A DNA stretch of 64,000 nt, taken from assembly GCA_944322545.1 (NCBI GenBank), contig CALUPF010000036.1:3427-67426 (forward strand), in the 5' to 3' direction. This document shows positions 28,689 through 37,287 of this stretch, piece after piece. The DNA is from Candidatus Gastranaerophilales bacterium. Lineage in GTDB: Bacteria; Cyanobacteriota; Vampirovibrionia; Gastranaerophilales; Gastranaerophilaceae. Every line of letters starts with the position of its first letter. The stretch's first letter is position 1. The position numbers and the translations under genes are program-made. The notes beneath the pieces were generated by a model, which saw only the letters and a list, made by a program, of their open reading frames with translations, did not search any database and was not told where the DNA came from.

Positions 28689-29648
28689 CTATCTACAAAT
28701 ATCACCAATTTTCACAAACATTTTCACATATAACGGGGTGGTTAAAAAGCCTAAAGGTCCAAAAACTTGAAGCCCCTTCAAAGCTATCAATTTATTATCA
28801 CCTGTTACAACAAGGATATTATTTTTTTCTTTTCTAACAATAGTCCCTGGTGTTGTAAATTTAGTTTTATTTTCAAAGATTTTATGAGATTTCACTTTCA
28901 AAAATGTCTTGCCATGGGGTAAATAAGCAGGCTGAAAAGGACTTAATGCTCTCAATTTTCTATCTAATTCAACAGATGACTTTCTAAAATCTAATAAGAT
29001 ATCTTTTTCACTTATTTGTGGATAATATGTAGCCTCTTTAGGATTTTGAGCAATAGGGATAATAATTTCATTATCCATAGATTGTAAAAGTTCACAAACA
29101 GCAGGTTTAGCAAGATTACAACACTTATTTTTCAATGTACCGCCTGTATCACCATCAAAACCTTGAAGAATCTCCAATTTTTTTTGCATCAATATTGGAC
29201 CTGTATCAAGATTCTCATCCATTAAATGAAATGTGATTCCTGTTTCTTTTTCTCCATTCATAATAACTCTTATATATGGGTTAGGACCTCTGTATTTAGG
29301 TAAAATAGAAGGATGACAATTGATTGTACCAATTTTAGGCAAATCAATTATTGGCTTTTTGAATTTTTCACTCCAAGATCCAACAATTATTAAATCAGGT
29401 TCCAATTTTAAAAGTTCCTTTTTAAATTGTTTAGAATTGACACTACGTGCATCAATTTCATTTAAATTCAAGCTTTTTATAAATGAATAATCTTTAGAAG
29501 GTGCAAAAATATCTTTAAAAAACAATAAAAAAGGGTTATAAACCACTTTTTCATGTCTAAAAACACCAACAACTTTATGTCCTGAAGCTAAAACGCCAAG
29601 GACAAGATTGGAAAACATTTGATCGTAGCCTACAACAACAATTTTCAT
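28689..29648 (-). CDS. formyltransferase family protein (Fmt-like)
   Basis: INCHPSILPKYRGPNP and HLMDENLDTGPIL match the formyl-transferase catalytic N/H/D region. Has a C-terminal Fmt-like beta-barrel-length extension. Not certain to be the canonical fmt. Confidence 0.7.
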   Translation of the reverse strand: MKIVVVGYDQMFSNLVLGVLASGHKVVGVFRHEKVVYNPFLLFFKDIFAPSKDYSFIKSLNLNEIDARSVNSKQFKKELLKLEPDLIIVGSWSEKFKKPIIDLPKIGTINCHPSILPKYRGPNPYIRVIMNGEKETGITFHLMDENLDTGPILMQKKLEILQGFDGDTGGTLKNKCCNLAKPAVCELLQSMDNEIIIPIAQNPKEATYYPQISEKDILLDFRKSSVELDRKLRALSPFQPAYLPHGKTFLKVKSHKIFENKTKFTTPGTIVRKEKNNILVVTGDNKLIALKGLQVFGPLGFLTTPLYVKMFVKIGDICR

Positions 29649-29685
29649 TTTTCATAAATAAATGACCGCAAAGGGTCATTTTTTT

Positions 29686-30027
29686 TTATATTTCATTTTG
29701 TAATTTTCTAGCACAAGAAGCACAAAGCATGTTTGTCTTATTAGCAATTGGAACAATATTTCCACATTTTGCACATTTTATTGTAACTTTTTGTCCAATT
29801 CTAACAAATTTTCCAGCATTAAATAATGACTCAAATTCATCTATTGATAAATCAAATCTGCTTAATATCGTATCAAGGGGTATTGTTTCTAGTGGACTCA
29901 TCATAACATATGAATTGATCTCACTAACCATTTTATTTTGAATTTCAAAACATTTATCGCAAATATCTCTTTTAGAAGTTTGAAGAAACAATGCACCGCA
30001 TTTTTTGCAATTAGCTACATTAGCCAT
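29686..30027 (-). CDS. YvyF-like flagellar-region protein (TIGR03826-type)
   Basis: MANVANCKKCGALF...CDKC N-terminal zinc ribbon plus C-terminal CAKCG...CASC, the same architecture as B. subtilis YvyF. Confidence 0.5.
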   Translation of the reverse strand: MANVANCKKCGALFLQTSKRDICDKCFEIQNKMVSEINSYVMMSPLETIPLDTILSRFDLSIDEFESLFNAGKFVRIGQKVTIKCAKCGNIVPIANKTNMLCASCARKLQNEI

Positions 30028-30116
30028 AATTTTTTCCTTCTATCCTATTTAGTAAAATATTAGCTAAATAATAGGCAAAAAGCAAGTACAGTTTGAAAAA
30101 GACAGGAATTTTTAAG

Positions 30117-30131
30117 TTGACAAACGGTCAA
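30117..30131. promoter_or_regulatory. TTGAC-N5-GTCAA inverted repeat in a divergent promoter region
   Basis: TTGACAAACGGTCAA. The TTGACA also works as a -35 with TATAAG 18 nt downstream. The half-sites are identical to those of the palindrome at 57176-57191. Confidence 0.3.
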
Positions 30132-30232
30132 AACAAGTAGTATAAGTGTATTGTATTGTAAAAAAAAATAGAAAAACTATACAAGTAAAACAAACTTTTT
30201 TATACAATATATATTGAGAGAAGAGAGATATC

Positions 30233-30862
30233 TTGAGCAACAATTTTAACAGTTTTGACAATTTAGAAACATCAATCAGAAAGTCCTCTGTAATACAGGA
30301 GAGGATTAATCTTGTTTCGACTCATATGTATAAACAATTTCTTGAATACCAACGTTCTTCGATGAATGCTCAAGAAACTTTTGTCAAAATTACTGATAAT
30401 ATGCAAGCTACCGTTGAATATCTCAAACAATCTTTCGGTGCAAGGGGTGTTGCAACAGATAACATATATTTTGAAGAAGATCCGTCAAAATCTGTTTTAA
30501 TTTTAAATATACTTTGGCATACAATCAGCTTCACAACTCGTTGGAATAATCAGCCTCAAGCTTTATATAGAGGAGTTGAAGCTCCTATGATTTCAGGCAG
30601 AATAATTGCTATGAAAGGCAATTTTAATGAAATAGTCAAAAATGTCAAAGAATCTGAACAACTCCAAGCGGTTTTAGAACAAGAAGTTGCTTCATTATTT
30701 ATCCCTGCAGAAAGAAGTCAAAACTGTATAATAAAAATTAACCACTTAGGAAATAGAGAATTCTATATTAATCATATGGATGCACCTAGAGAATTTCTTC
30801 TGAAAGTTATTGAAACTATTTGCGGTGGTGGAATTTATCACGAAGAACAAAGACAACAATAG
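30233..30862 (+). CDS. hypothetical protein (209 aa)
   Basis: TTG start after GAGAGAAGAGAG. No recognisable motif. Lies directly upstream of the TPR-GT9 gene. Confidence 0.5.
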   Translation: MSNNFNSFDNLETSIRKSSVIQERINLVSTHMYKQFLEYQRSSMNAQETFVKITDNMQATVEYLKQSFGARGVATDNIYFEEDPSKSVLILNILWHTISFTTRWNNQPQALYRGVEAPMISGRIIAMKGNFNEIVKNVKESEQLQAVLEQEVASLFIPAERSQNCIIKINHLGNREFYINHMDAPREFLLKVIETICGGGIYHEEQRQQ

Positions 30863-30876
30863 GTTTATATCAAATT

Positions 30877-32388
30877 ATGACAGACATACAATTAGCATTC
30901 AGCCTCCACAATGAAGGGAAATTTGAAGAAGCTGAAAAATTGTATAAGGAATTTCTAAATGAAAATCCTGAACAGCCTGATGTGTCTAACCTTTTGGGAC
31001 TAATTTATTTACAAACAAAACAACTAGACAAAGCTGAAAAATATTTTGAAATTGCAATCAAAGGATTTCCTTGTGCTGAATTTTATCAAAACATTGGACT
31101 TGTATTTTTCAATCAAAAACTTTATGAAAAAGCAATGGATTGTTTTTCTAAAGCAATAGAATTCGAGCCAAATAATGTTGATTTCATAAGAAATTTTGCA
31201 AAAATGGCAAAAAAAACAGGCCAAACTCAAAAAGCTATTGAGTTTTATGAAAAAAGCCTAAAAATAGAGCCTCAAGACGAAGTAGGTTTGAACAATTTAG
31301 GCTTACTATATGAAAAATTACATGACTACAAAACAGCAAAAGTTTGTTACCAAAAATCATTAAAAGTGACAAAAAACTTTGAAGCACTTCACAATTTAGG
31401 AATTTTATACCGTACTGAAAGAAATTTTGATGAATCAATAAAATGTCTGACAGAAGCTTTAAAATTAAAACCACACAATCAAGAAACAATGATAAGTCTT
31501 GGTATATCACATCTTGCAAAAAAAGAAATAAAAAAAGGATATGAAATACTCTCAAAATGTCCAAATTCAATGTTTTCAAGAAAAACAAAAGATAAATACA
31601 AAAATTATTGGATTGATGGCGAAAAACATAATGAATCGACAATATTAGTATACTACAATGGTGGATATGGTGACATTATTATGTTTTCAAGGTATTTGCC
31701 GTTTTTAAAAGAATATTTTAAAACCGTAAAATTTTATCTACCATCTTCGTTAAGAGATTTGTTCACACAAAACTTTCCCCAAATCGAAATCGTTAGTTTT
31801 AACGACGAAAAACAAGATTATTGCGCCAATGTGATGGAACTAATTCATCTTTTAAATATGAACTTTGATAATATTCCATTCTCATCAGGATATTTGAAAG
31901 CAAATGAAGAATTAGTAAAAAGCTTTAAAGAAAAATATTTTCTAACAAATAAAAAGAAAATTGGTATTTTTTGGCAAGGAAACCAAGCAGTTCTACCAAA
32001 CAGATCAATAAAACTTGAAGAAATGAAAAAACTCTTTGAACTGGAAAATTGTCAATTTTATAGCATTGAAAAAGAGGATAATAACCAATTACAAGATTTT
32101 AAAAATATCATAGATTTACAAAATGAATTATCCACATTTTCTCAAACAGCTGCAATTATTGAAAATTTAGATATTCTTATTACAATTGATTCTGCTGTTG
32201 CACATCTTGCAGGGGCAATGGGTAAAAAAACTTATCTAATGTTGCCATATGCAAGTGAATGGAGATGGTTCAAAGATGAAAAAAACACTCCTTGGTATGA
32301 TAGCGTAGAAATTTTCAAACAAAAAGAACATTGGAATTGGGCAACTGTTGTTAATGAAATTTATAACATATTAAAAATTTCTGACTAA
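30877..32388 (+). CDS. TPR-repeat protein fused to a GT9-like glycosyltransferase domain
   Basis: About 6 TPR units (AEKLYKEFLNENPEQ..., AIEFYEKSLKIEPQD...). The C-terminal half, ILVYYNGGYGDIIMFSRYLP ... ITIDSAVAHLAGAMGKKTY, parallels the GT9 motifs of the gene at 18046. ATG at 30877 preferred over the track start at 30820. Confidence 0.75.
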   Translation: MTDIQLAFSLHNEGKFEEAEKLYKEFLNENPEQPDVSNLLGLIYLQTKQLDKAEKYFEIAIKGFPCAEFYQNIGLVFFNQKLYEKAMDCFSKAIEFEPNNVDFIRNFAKMAKKTGQTQKAIEFYEKSLKIEPQDEVGLNNLGLLYEKLHDYKTAKVCYQKSLKVTKNFEALHNLGILYRTERNFDESIKCLTEALKLKPHNQETMISLGISHLAKKEIKKGYEILSKCPNSMFSRKTKDKYKNYWIDGEKHNESTILVYYNGGYGDIIMFSRYLPFLKEYFKTVKFYLPSSLRDLFTQNFPQIEIVSFNDEKQDYCANVMELIHLLNMNFDNIPFSSGYLKANEELVKSFKEKYFLTNKKKIGIFWQGNQAVLPNRSIKLEEMKKLFELENCQFYSIEKEDNNQLQDFKNIIDLQNELSTFSQTAAIIENLDILITIDSAVAHLAGAMGKKTYLMLPYASEWRWFKDEKNTPWYDSVEIFKQKEHWNWATVVNEIYNILKISD

Positions 32389-32429
32389 CCCCTTGACACT
32401 TTAACATGTCCTTAATATTATAATCCTAT

Positions 32430-32501
32430 GCCGAAGTGGCTCAATGGTAGAGCAACGGTTTTGTAAACCGTAGGTTGTAGGTTCGATTCCTATCTTCGGC
32501 A
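32430..32501 (+). tRNA. tRNA-Thr (anticodon UGU)
   Basis: Hand-folded cloverleaf: acceptor GCCGAAG/CTTCGGC, anticodon stem ACGGT/ACCGT, loop TTTGTAA, T-loop TTCGATT. No encoded CCA. Confidence 0.93.
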
Positions 32502-32531
32502 TTTTCTCCTAAAAGGGGGTTTAAACCGAGA

Positions 32532-32603
32532 GCCTTTGTGGCGCAGGGGTAGCGCACTCCCTTGGTAAGGGAGAGGCCACGGGTTCAAATCCCGTCAAAG
32601 GCA
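32532..32603 (+). tRNA. tRNA-Thr (anticodon GGU)
   Basis: Acceptor GCCTTTG/CAAAGGC, anticodon stem CTCCC/GGGAG, loop TTGGTAA, T-arm ACGGG-TTCAAAT-CCCGT. No encoded CCA. Confidence 0.93.
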
Positions 32604-32624
32604 AATTGTTTGAAAATCGAATAT

Positions 32625-32739
<115 letters not shown>

Positions 32740-32900
32740 TATTGGGCGGATTCGAAATTATATTTTTATACGGCACGGAGATACTCCGTATCTCTCTTTG
32801 CTGTATTTTAATGTCCGTTTTGGTCGGAAGGGGTAAATGAATTGAGCAGGTGGATTTGCCTAACAACACTATTACAGTATATTTATGTTACAATCATCTT

Positions 32901-34004
32901 ATGAAACATTTCAGATTAATTTTATCATGTGTACTTTTATTGTTATTATTTAATACAACACCGGCTTACGCTGATGGCGGAATCCCTTTATGGATATATA
33001 CTGCATCAAGTGCTGCATATTCCGCATTTACAATACAAGGGATCGGAAATTTTTCTTTTCTTCTAGGAACTGTTTTTTTGTTATTTGTTATTTTTGCAGA
33101 AGTTTTAATATTTAAATTTCTAGATATAAATAAACAATTCAAGTTAAAACAAATAATTTGCTCTGTAACTGTGGCAAATATTTTTTCCGTGATTGCAGGT
33201 ATTATAATAACCATTCCAGTGTTGAGTATTGTTAAATCAGTAGATATGAATAATAATGCTATTATTGATCTTGGATTTTTAGTGCTGCCATTACATATAA
33301 TTACTTTTATTATTTCTTACTATATAGAATTGTTTACTTACAAAAAGCTTTTTTTCAAAAATGCTGATTATTCTTTACTTAAAAAGATTGCATTATGGAC
33401 TAATATAGGAACATACTTTGTTTTTAATATACTTACAATATTTGTTGTTTATATGCTAATTGTATTTTTAATCGGTTATGTTTCAAATGTATTAATAACA
33501 ACTCCCAATAATAACCTAAGTTTGTTAAATTCACCAGTTGAGATTAATGGAGTAAAAATAATTTCACCTTATTTCAAACCCCAAAAAATTTCACATATAG
33601 CTTGTGCAAAATTAAAGAAAAAAGGTTATCCTATAAGCGATTGTAAATATGAATTAGATAAAGATGGCTATTGGATATGGGTAGATGCAGTAAGGCAATG
33701 TGAAGATATCAATGGAAGACTGCCGAACAATAAAGAGTTAGCACATATTGCAGAATATGTATATGAACAACCTTTTGATTCGTTCTCTCCTTTGCACGGA
33801 ACAAGTTCTGTGAAATACAGTTCTTTTAATGCAACGAAAGCAAATCTCCCGAAAACCACCCCATATAGCTTATTATCAAGTGAATTTACAGGACCATATG
33901 GAATACCTGACTATAGACTGTATAGTAACATTTTCACTGCTGGTCATCCAAATTATATCGCAAAAACTAATGAAGATGTTTTTGCAATATGTGTTGCTAA
34001 ATAA
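32901..34004 (+). CDS. polytopic membrane protein with C-terminal DUF1566 (Lcl C-terminal)-like domain
   Basis: Signal peptide MKHFRLILSCVLLLLLFNTTPAYA, about 6 TM segments, then WVDAVRQCEDINGRLPNNKELAHI ... LLSSE ... VFAICVAK, which matches the DUF1566 pattern (W..A...C...G.RLP...EL ... CV). ATG at 32901 preferred over the track start at 32850. Confidence 0.6.
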   Translation: MKHFRLILSCVLLLLLFNTTPAYADGGIPLWIYTASSAAYSAFTIQGIGNFSFLLGTVFLLFVIFAEVLIFKFLDINKQFKLKQIICSVTVANIFSVIAGIIITIPVLSIVKSVDMNNNAIIDLGFLVLPLHIITFIISYYIELFTYKKLFFKNADYSLLKKIALWTNIGTYFVFNILTIFVVYMLIVFLIGYVSNVLITTPNNNLSLLNSPVEINGVKIISPYFKPQKISHIACAKLKKKGYPISDCKYELDKDGYWIWVDAVRQCEDINGRLPNNKELAHIAEYVYEQPFDSFSPLHGTSSVKYSSFNATKANLPKTTPYSLLSSEFTGPYGIPDYRLYSNIFTAGHPNYIAKTNEDVFAICVAK

Positions 34005-34066
34005 AATCTTCAAATCTACTGTTACATTTCCTCAAAACAGGTGTTAATTTACAGAGTTCTTCCTTT

Positions 34067-34100
34067 CCACCATTTAAAAGACTCCATTAGAGGTCTTTTT
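34067..34100 (+). repeat. direct repeat copy B (degenerate tRNA-Tyr 3' end + terminator-like hairpin)
   Basis: CCACCATTTAAAAGACTCCATTAGAGGTCTTTTT. The preceding CCTTT also echoes CCTGC of the tRNA acceptor strand. The hairpin has one bulge. Confidence 0.6.
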
Positions 34101-34136
34101 ACTAGACAAATTTGAACTTATAGGAAAAAAATCTAC

Positions 34137-34904
34137 CTAGTCAGTTAAAGAATTTTCACTTAACCACGCAGCAAATTGTTCATCTTTAGAATCAAGCTTC
34201 TCAACGATATAATCAAAATCATCTTTTGAGTACAAATTATATGCCTCTGTGATTTCATACGCAATTTGTTTTGAAGAAACACCTTGTTCCTGTCTTTTTA
34301 GTTGAGACAGAATATTTTCTCGTTCATTCTGATCTAAATTGAACTTTTCAATCAAATTGTCACATATCAAACTATTTTTTGCTGAATCAACAGCAATAGG
34401 AATAATAGCATCAACCAAGTTCTCATCTTCCTCCAACACCTGTAAAGTCTTAATCATCATAACTTTACTCATCAAAGCATTGTCAAATTTTTCAATTTCT
34501 TCTTCTGATAAGTTAATTCCTTCTATTGCACTTTCAATAAAAGAACAATATTGCTCATCTGTATCACAAGATGCACAAAAAACCTCAGGTGAAGCGTAAT
34601 TATTATTTTTTAAAAATTGATTAACATTCTTTTTGAATTTTAAACTATCATTTTGAGATAATTCTAACTTTTTTGATATATCATCACAAAACGTTTTATC
34701 AAATTCACTAAGATCATTGTCATTACGACCTTTGAATGTCACCTGACTTCTTCCTAACATCTCCATAGGGTTTAATTTGTCATTATAATCGAGTTTTCTG
34801 CTTTCTTGATTGACAATAGGAGCATTGTTATTTTTAGGGATGTTATTTTGATAGCTAAAAAAATTTACTTTATTGATTTTCATATTCATATCAAAAGAAA
34901 ACAA
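34137..34904 (-). CDS. hypothetical acidic protein (255 aa)
   Basis: ORF only. Asn/Asp/Glu-rich, no known motif. The true start may be an internal Met (MKINKV...). Confidence 0.5.
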   Translation of the reverse strand: MFSFDMNMKINKVNFFSYQNNIPKNNNAPIVNQESRKLDYNDKLNPMEMLGRSQVTFKGRNDNDLSEFDKTFCDDISKKLELSQNDSLKFKKNVNQFLKNNNYASPEVFCASCDTDEQYCSFIESAIEGINLSEEEIEKFDNALMSKVMMIKTLQVLEEDENLVDAIIPIAVDSAKNSLICDNLIEKFNLDQNERENILSQLKRQEQGVSSKQIAYEITEAYNLYSKDDFDYIVEKLDSKDEQFAAWLSENSLTD

Positions 34905-35049
34905 ATTTTTTTTTGCTGCAAATAAAAATTATTGTTACAAATAGAAATATTATATCAATTAATAGCTTACCCCACTCCAAAAAACATTTGAAGCAAAATT
35001 AACAAAAAACGAAAATTTTTGAAAGATATAGTTGCATCACTCTTATAAA

Positions 35050-36141
35050 CTAAGAAGCCTTAATCAAATCAAGTAGTCTATGCATAGAAGTTATTTCTCC
35101 AGCACTAGCAGATAAAGGGGAATCTTTTGGCAAACCTTTTCTAATTAAATTACCAACGAGATTTTCTCTCATAGCAGCACCTGCAGCAGGATTCGCAGCA
35201 GTTATTTCTGATAAAAGTTTTTCTATCTCTTGCGTAGAAGGACTTTTTTCTAACGCTAAACCAGGAGCAATGCTATAACCAAATAGTACGTTTTCTGTAC
35301 TTCTTATATGATTACGAGTCAAATTTTCTATATCTTTTAATATTCTTGGCGAAGCCGGTTCATGTAAATAAATAGTAATTGGATCGTGTCGTTCGAGCCA
35401 ACTAGCAGAATCAGACGGTGTTTTGTAATAGCCTTTTGCTTTTCCAGTGCCAAAGTATTCATCTAGTTTTACAATTAATTCTTTATCTGTATTCGCATTT
35501 ACAGAGATTCTATCAATCGCTTTATCATTTCTAGACCAGCCAAATTCATGTCTTTTTTTAGCTATTCTATAATGCCAGCCGCTTTCTTCAGTAGCCATCA
35601 CATAATTATTGCTTTTAGCTGTAATATCTGAGATTTTATGATTCCAAGCCCCAGTTATTGGATAATCAGCTTTTCTCAAATCGTTATATATCTGTTCTTG
35701 CAATTTAGAAAACATTTCTTTTTCACTAAATTTTCTGTCTCTAGCTTTTTGTGCAAAATCTTTATATATTTGAACTGAGGATACCATACCATCTTTGGCT
35801 CTTTGTTTTGCTAGTTTGTCATAGTATTTTGCAAGCTCTTCATACAAATCAATTTTGCCTATTTTGCCAGAAAATGGGTTAGTGGAAAAACTTGCTGCCT
35901 TTTTCTCGACAGAATTTATTATTGGCAATACATCATCTAACCTCATACCTTCTAATTTCATCAATTCATCGAATTGTTTTGTTCCAATAAAACTGTCAGG
36001 AATCGCTTCTAGAATATATGGATTTTTGAGACTAAAAACTTCATTTGGCTTTTGTATCGGTTGAAAATTCATATTTCTTCTACAGCCTTTTTCCAAAGCT
36101 GTTCTAATTTTTGAACCTAGATTTATATTTATTGCAACCAC
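35050..36141 (-). CDS. hypothetical protein, weak HopA1-effector-family-like core
   Basis: DRISVNANTDKELIVKLDEYF...GYYKTP...WLERHDPITIYLHE loosely fits the R.Y.N / FK / R.D..V.Y pattern I associate with HopA1-family proteins. GTG at 36141 or ATG at 36072 (MNFQPIQKPN). Confidence 0.5.
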   Translation of the reverse strand: MVAININLGSKIRTALEKGCRRNMNFQPIQKPNEVFSLKNPYILEAIPDSFIGTKQFDELMKLEGMRLDDVLPIINSVEKKAASFSTNPFSGKIGKIDLYEELAKYYDKLAKQRAKDGMVSSVQIYKDFAQKARDRKFSEKEMFSKLQEQIYNDLRKADYPITGAWNHKISDITAKSNNYVMATEESGWHYRIAKKRHEFGWSRNDKAIDRISVNANTDKELIVKLDEYFGTGKAKGYYKTPSDSASWLERHDPITIYLHEPASPRILKDIENLTRNHIRSTENVLFGYSIAPGLALEKSPSTQEIEKLLSEITAANPAAGAAMRENLVGNLIRKGLPKDSPLSASAGEITSMHRLLDLIKAS

Positions 36142-36282
36142 AAAAAGACCTTCTATCGCCTAACCTTATCTATATAAAAACATTTTATTGTCTAAAATTG
36201 CTCCAAATTCAATAAAATACAAGAATATAAAAATAAATATATCAGCAATAATTAGTTTAACTTACTCATGAAGCTCATATTT

Positions 36283-36311
36283 AAAAGGCTCCCTAAAAGG
36301 GAGCCTTTTTT
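36283..36311 (-). terminator. rho-independent terminator (symmetric)
   Basis: AAAAGGCTCCC-TAAAA-GGGAGCCTTTTTT, immediately downstream of the gene ending at 36316. Confidence 0.7.
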
Positions 36312-36315
36312 ATTA

Positions 36316-36966
36316 TTAATTTCTATAAAACAAATACTCGCTTTTTAAAGTATCACCAAAAGACTTAAACGTTGGCATTTGTTCTACATCAATTGGTTTT
36401 AATACTGAGTTTTGTGTCAAAATTGAACTTTGTGTGCTAAGTCCTTTATCAAAACGATTGATAATTGTCTGATCCTCAAGCAATGTAACAGGACTTGGAA
36501 CATCATTCCATGCGCTAGTTACTGGTTTTTGTTGAATATTCTTATCAAATCTTGACCAGCTTACTTTATAATGAGGATCTGTCACAATTGAATGAGAAAT
36601 ACGAGATTGTCCAGCTGGAGATTCCTGTACCAAAGTACGGCCAACAGTTAATCCTTTCGAATCAGAAGTTGAATAGAACATATGAGTTGTATTACCTTTG
36701 TGTCCCATAAATTCTGTATTCCAATTTAATTTTTCTTGTTTATATCCAGTACCCATCGTATGAGAATTACTAGAATATGCATTTATTTGGCGGGGCAGTA
36801 CTTTACCCCTTTTTACAAAAGCATAAACTCTTTTATTACCATCTTGTAGTTTATATACCTCTTCTCCAGTTTTTTTCATAGAACCAGATAATTTTCTAAA
36901 ACCATTTTTCAATAAATCAGCAGTACTACGGTATTGAGATACACTAATAGACATATTTATAACCAA
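36316..36966 (-). CDS. hypothetical protein (216 aa)
   Basis: ORF only. Ser/Thr/Gln-rich. Likely start at ATG 36954 (MSISVSQ). Confidence 0.5.
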   Translation of the reverse strand: MVINMSISVSQYRSTADLLKNGFRKLSGSMKKTGEEVYKLQDGNKRVYAFVKRGKVLPRQINAYSSNSHTMGTGYKQEKLNWNTEFMGHKGNTTHMFYSTSDSKGLTVGRTLVQESPAGQSRISHSIVTDPHYKVSWSRFDKNIQQKPVTSAWNDVPSPVTLLEDQTIINRFDKGLSTQSSILTQNSVLKPIDVEQMPTFKSFGDTLKSEYLFYRN

Positions 36967-37287
36967 CCTTCCTATAAACCTTACTATTATATAAAGTATT
37001 TTGGTTAGAAAAAATTGCCTTACTAAAAAATAAGAGATAAATTTTTATTTTGTACGCTATATTCCTAGTTAATTAAAAACTACTCTATTGTCGGAATTGT
37101 CGCCGACTGTCTTGTAATTAAACCCCAAAAAAAGTAAGCTTCACATAAGACTACCACACGAACTACATCCTAGCTCAGTTATTCGCTTTTTATTCCACTT
37201 CACATAGCTACTTATTACTAATTTTTCATACAATTCATACTCATTATATATTTTTGTCAAAATCATCAATAACTGATTAATCTTCAA

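Noticed and set aside
30820-30876. Upstream extension of the TPR-GT9 ORF (track start 30820) overlapping the preceding gene by 43 nt
   Set aside because: The first TPR-like sequence begins right after the ATG at 30877. The extension merely reads through the preceding gene's 3' end.
31024-31642. Antisense ORFs (68 and 135 aa) within the TPR region
   Set aside because: They are opposite a supported CDS and give a low-complexity Leu/Phe-rich translation.
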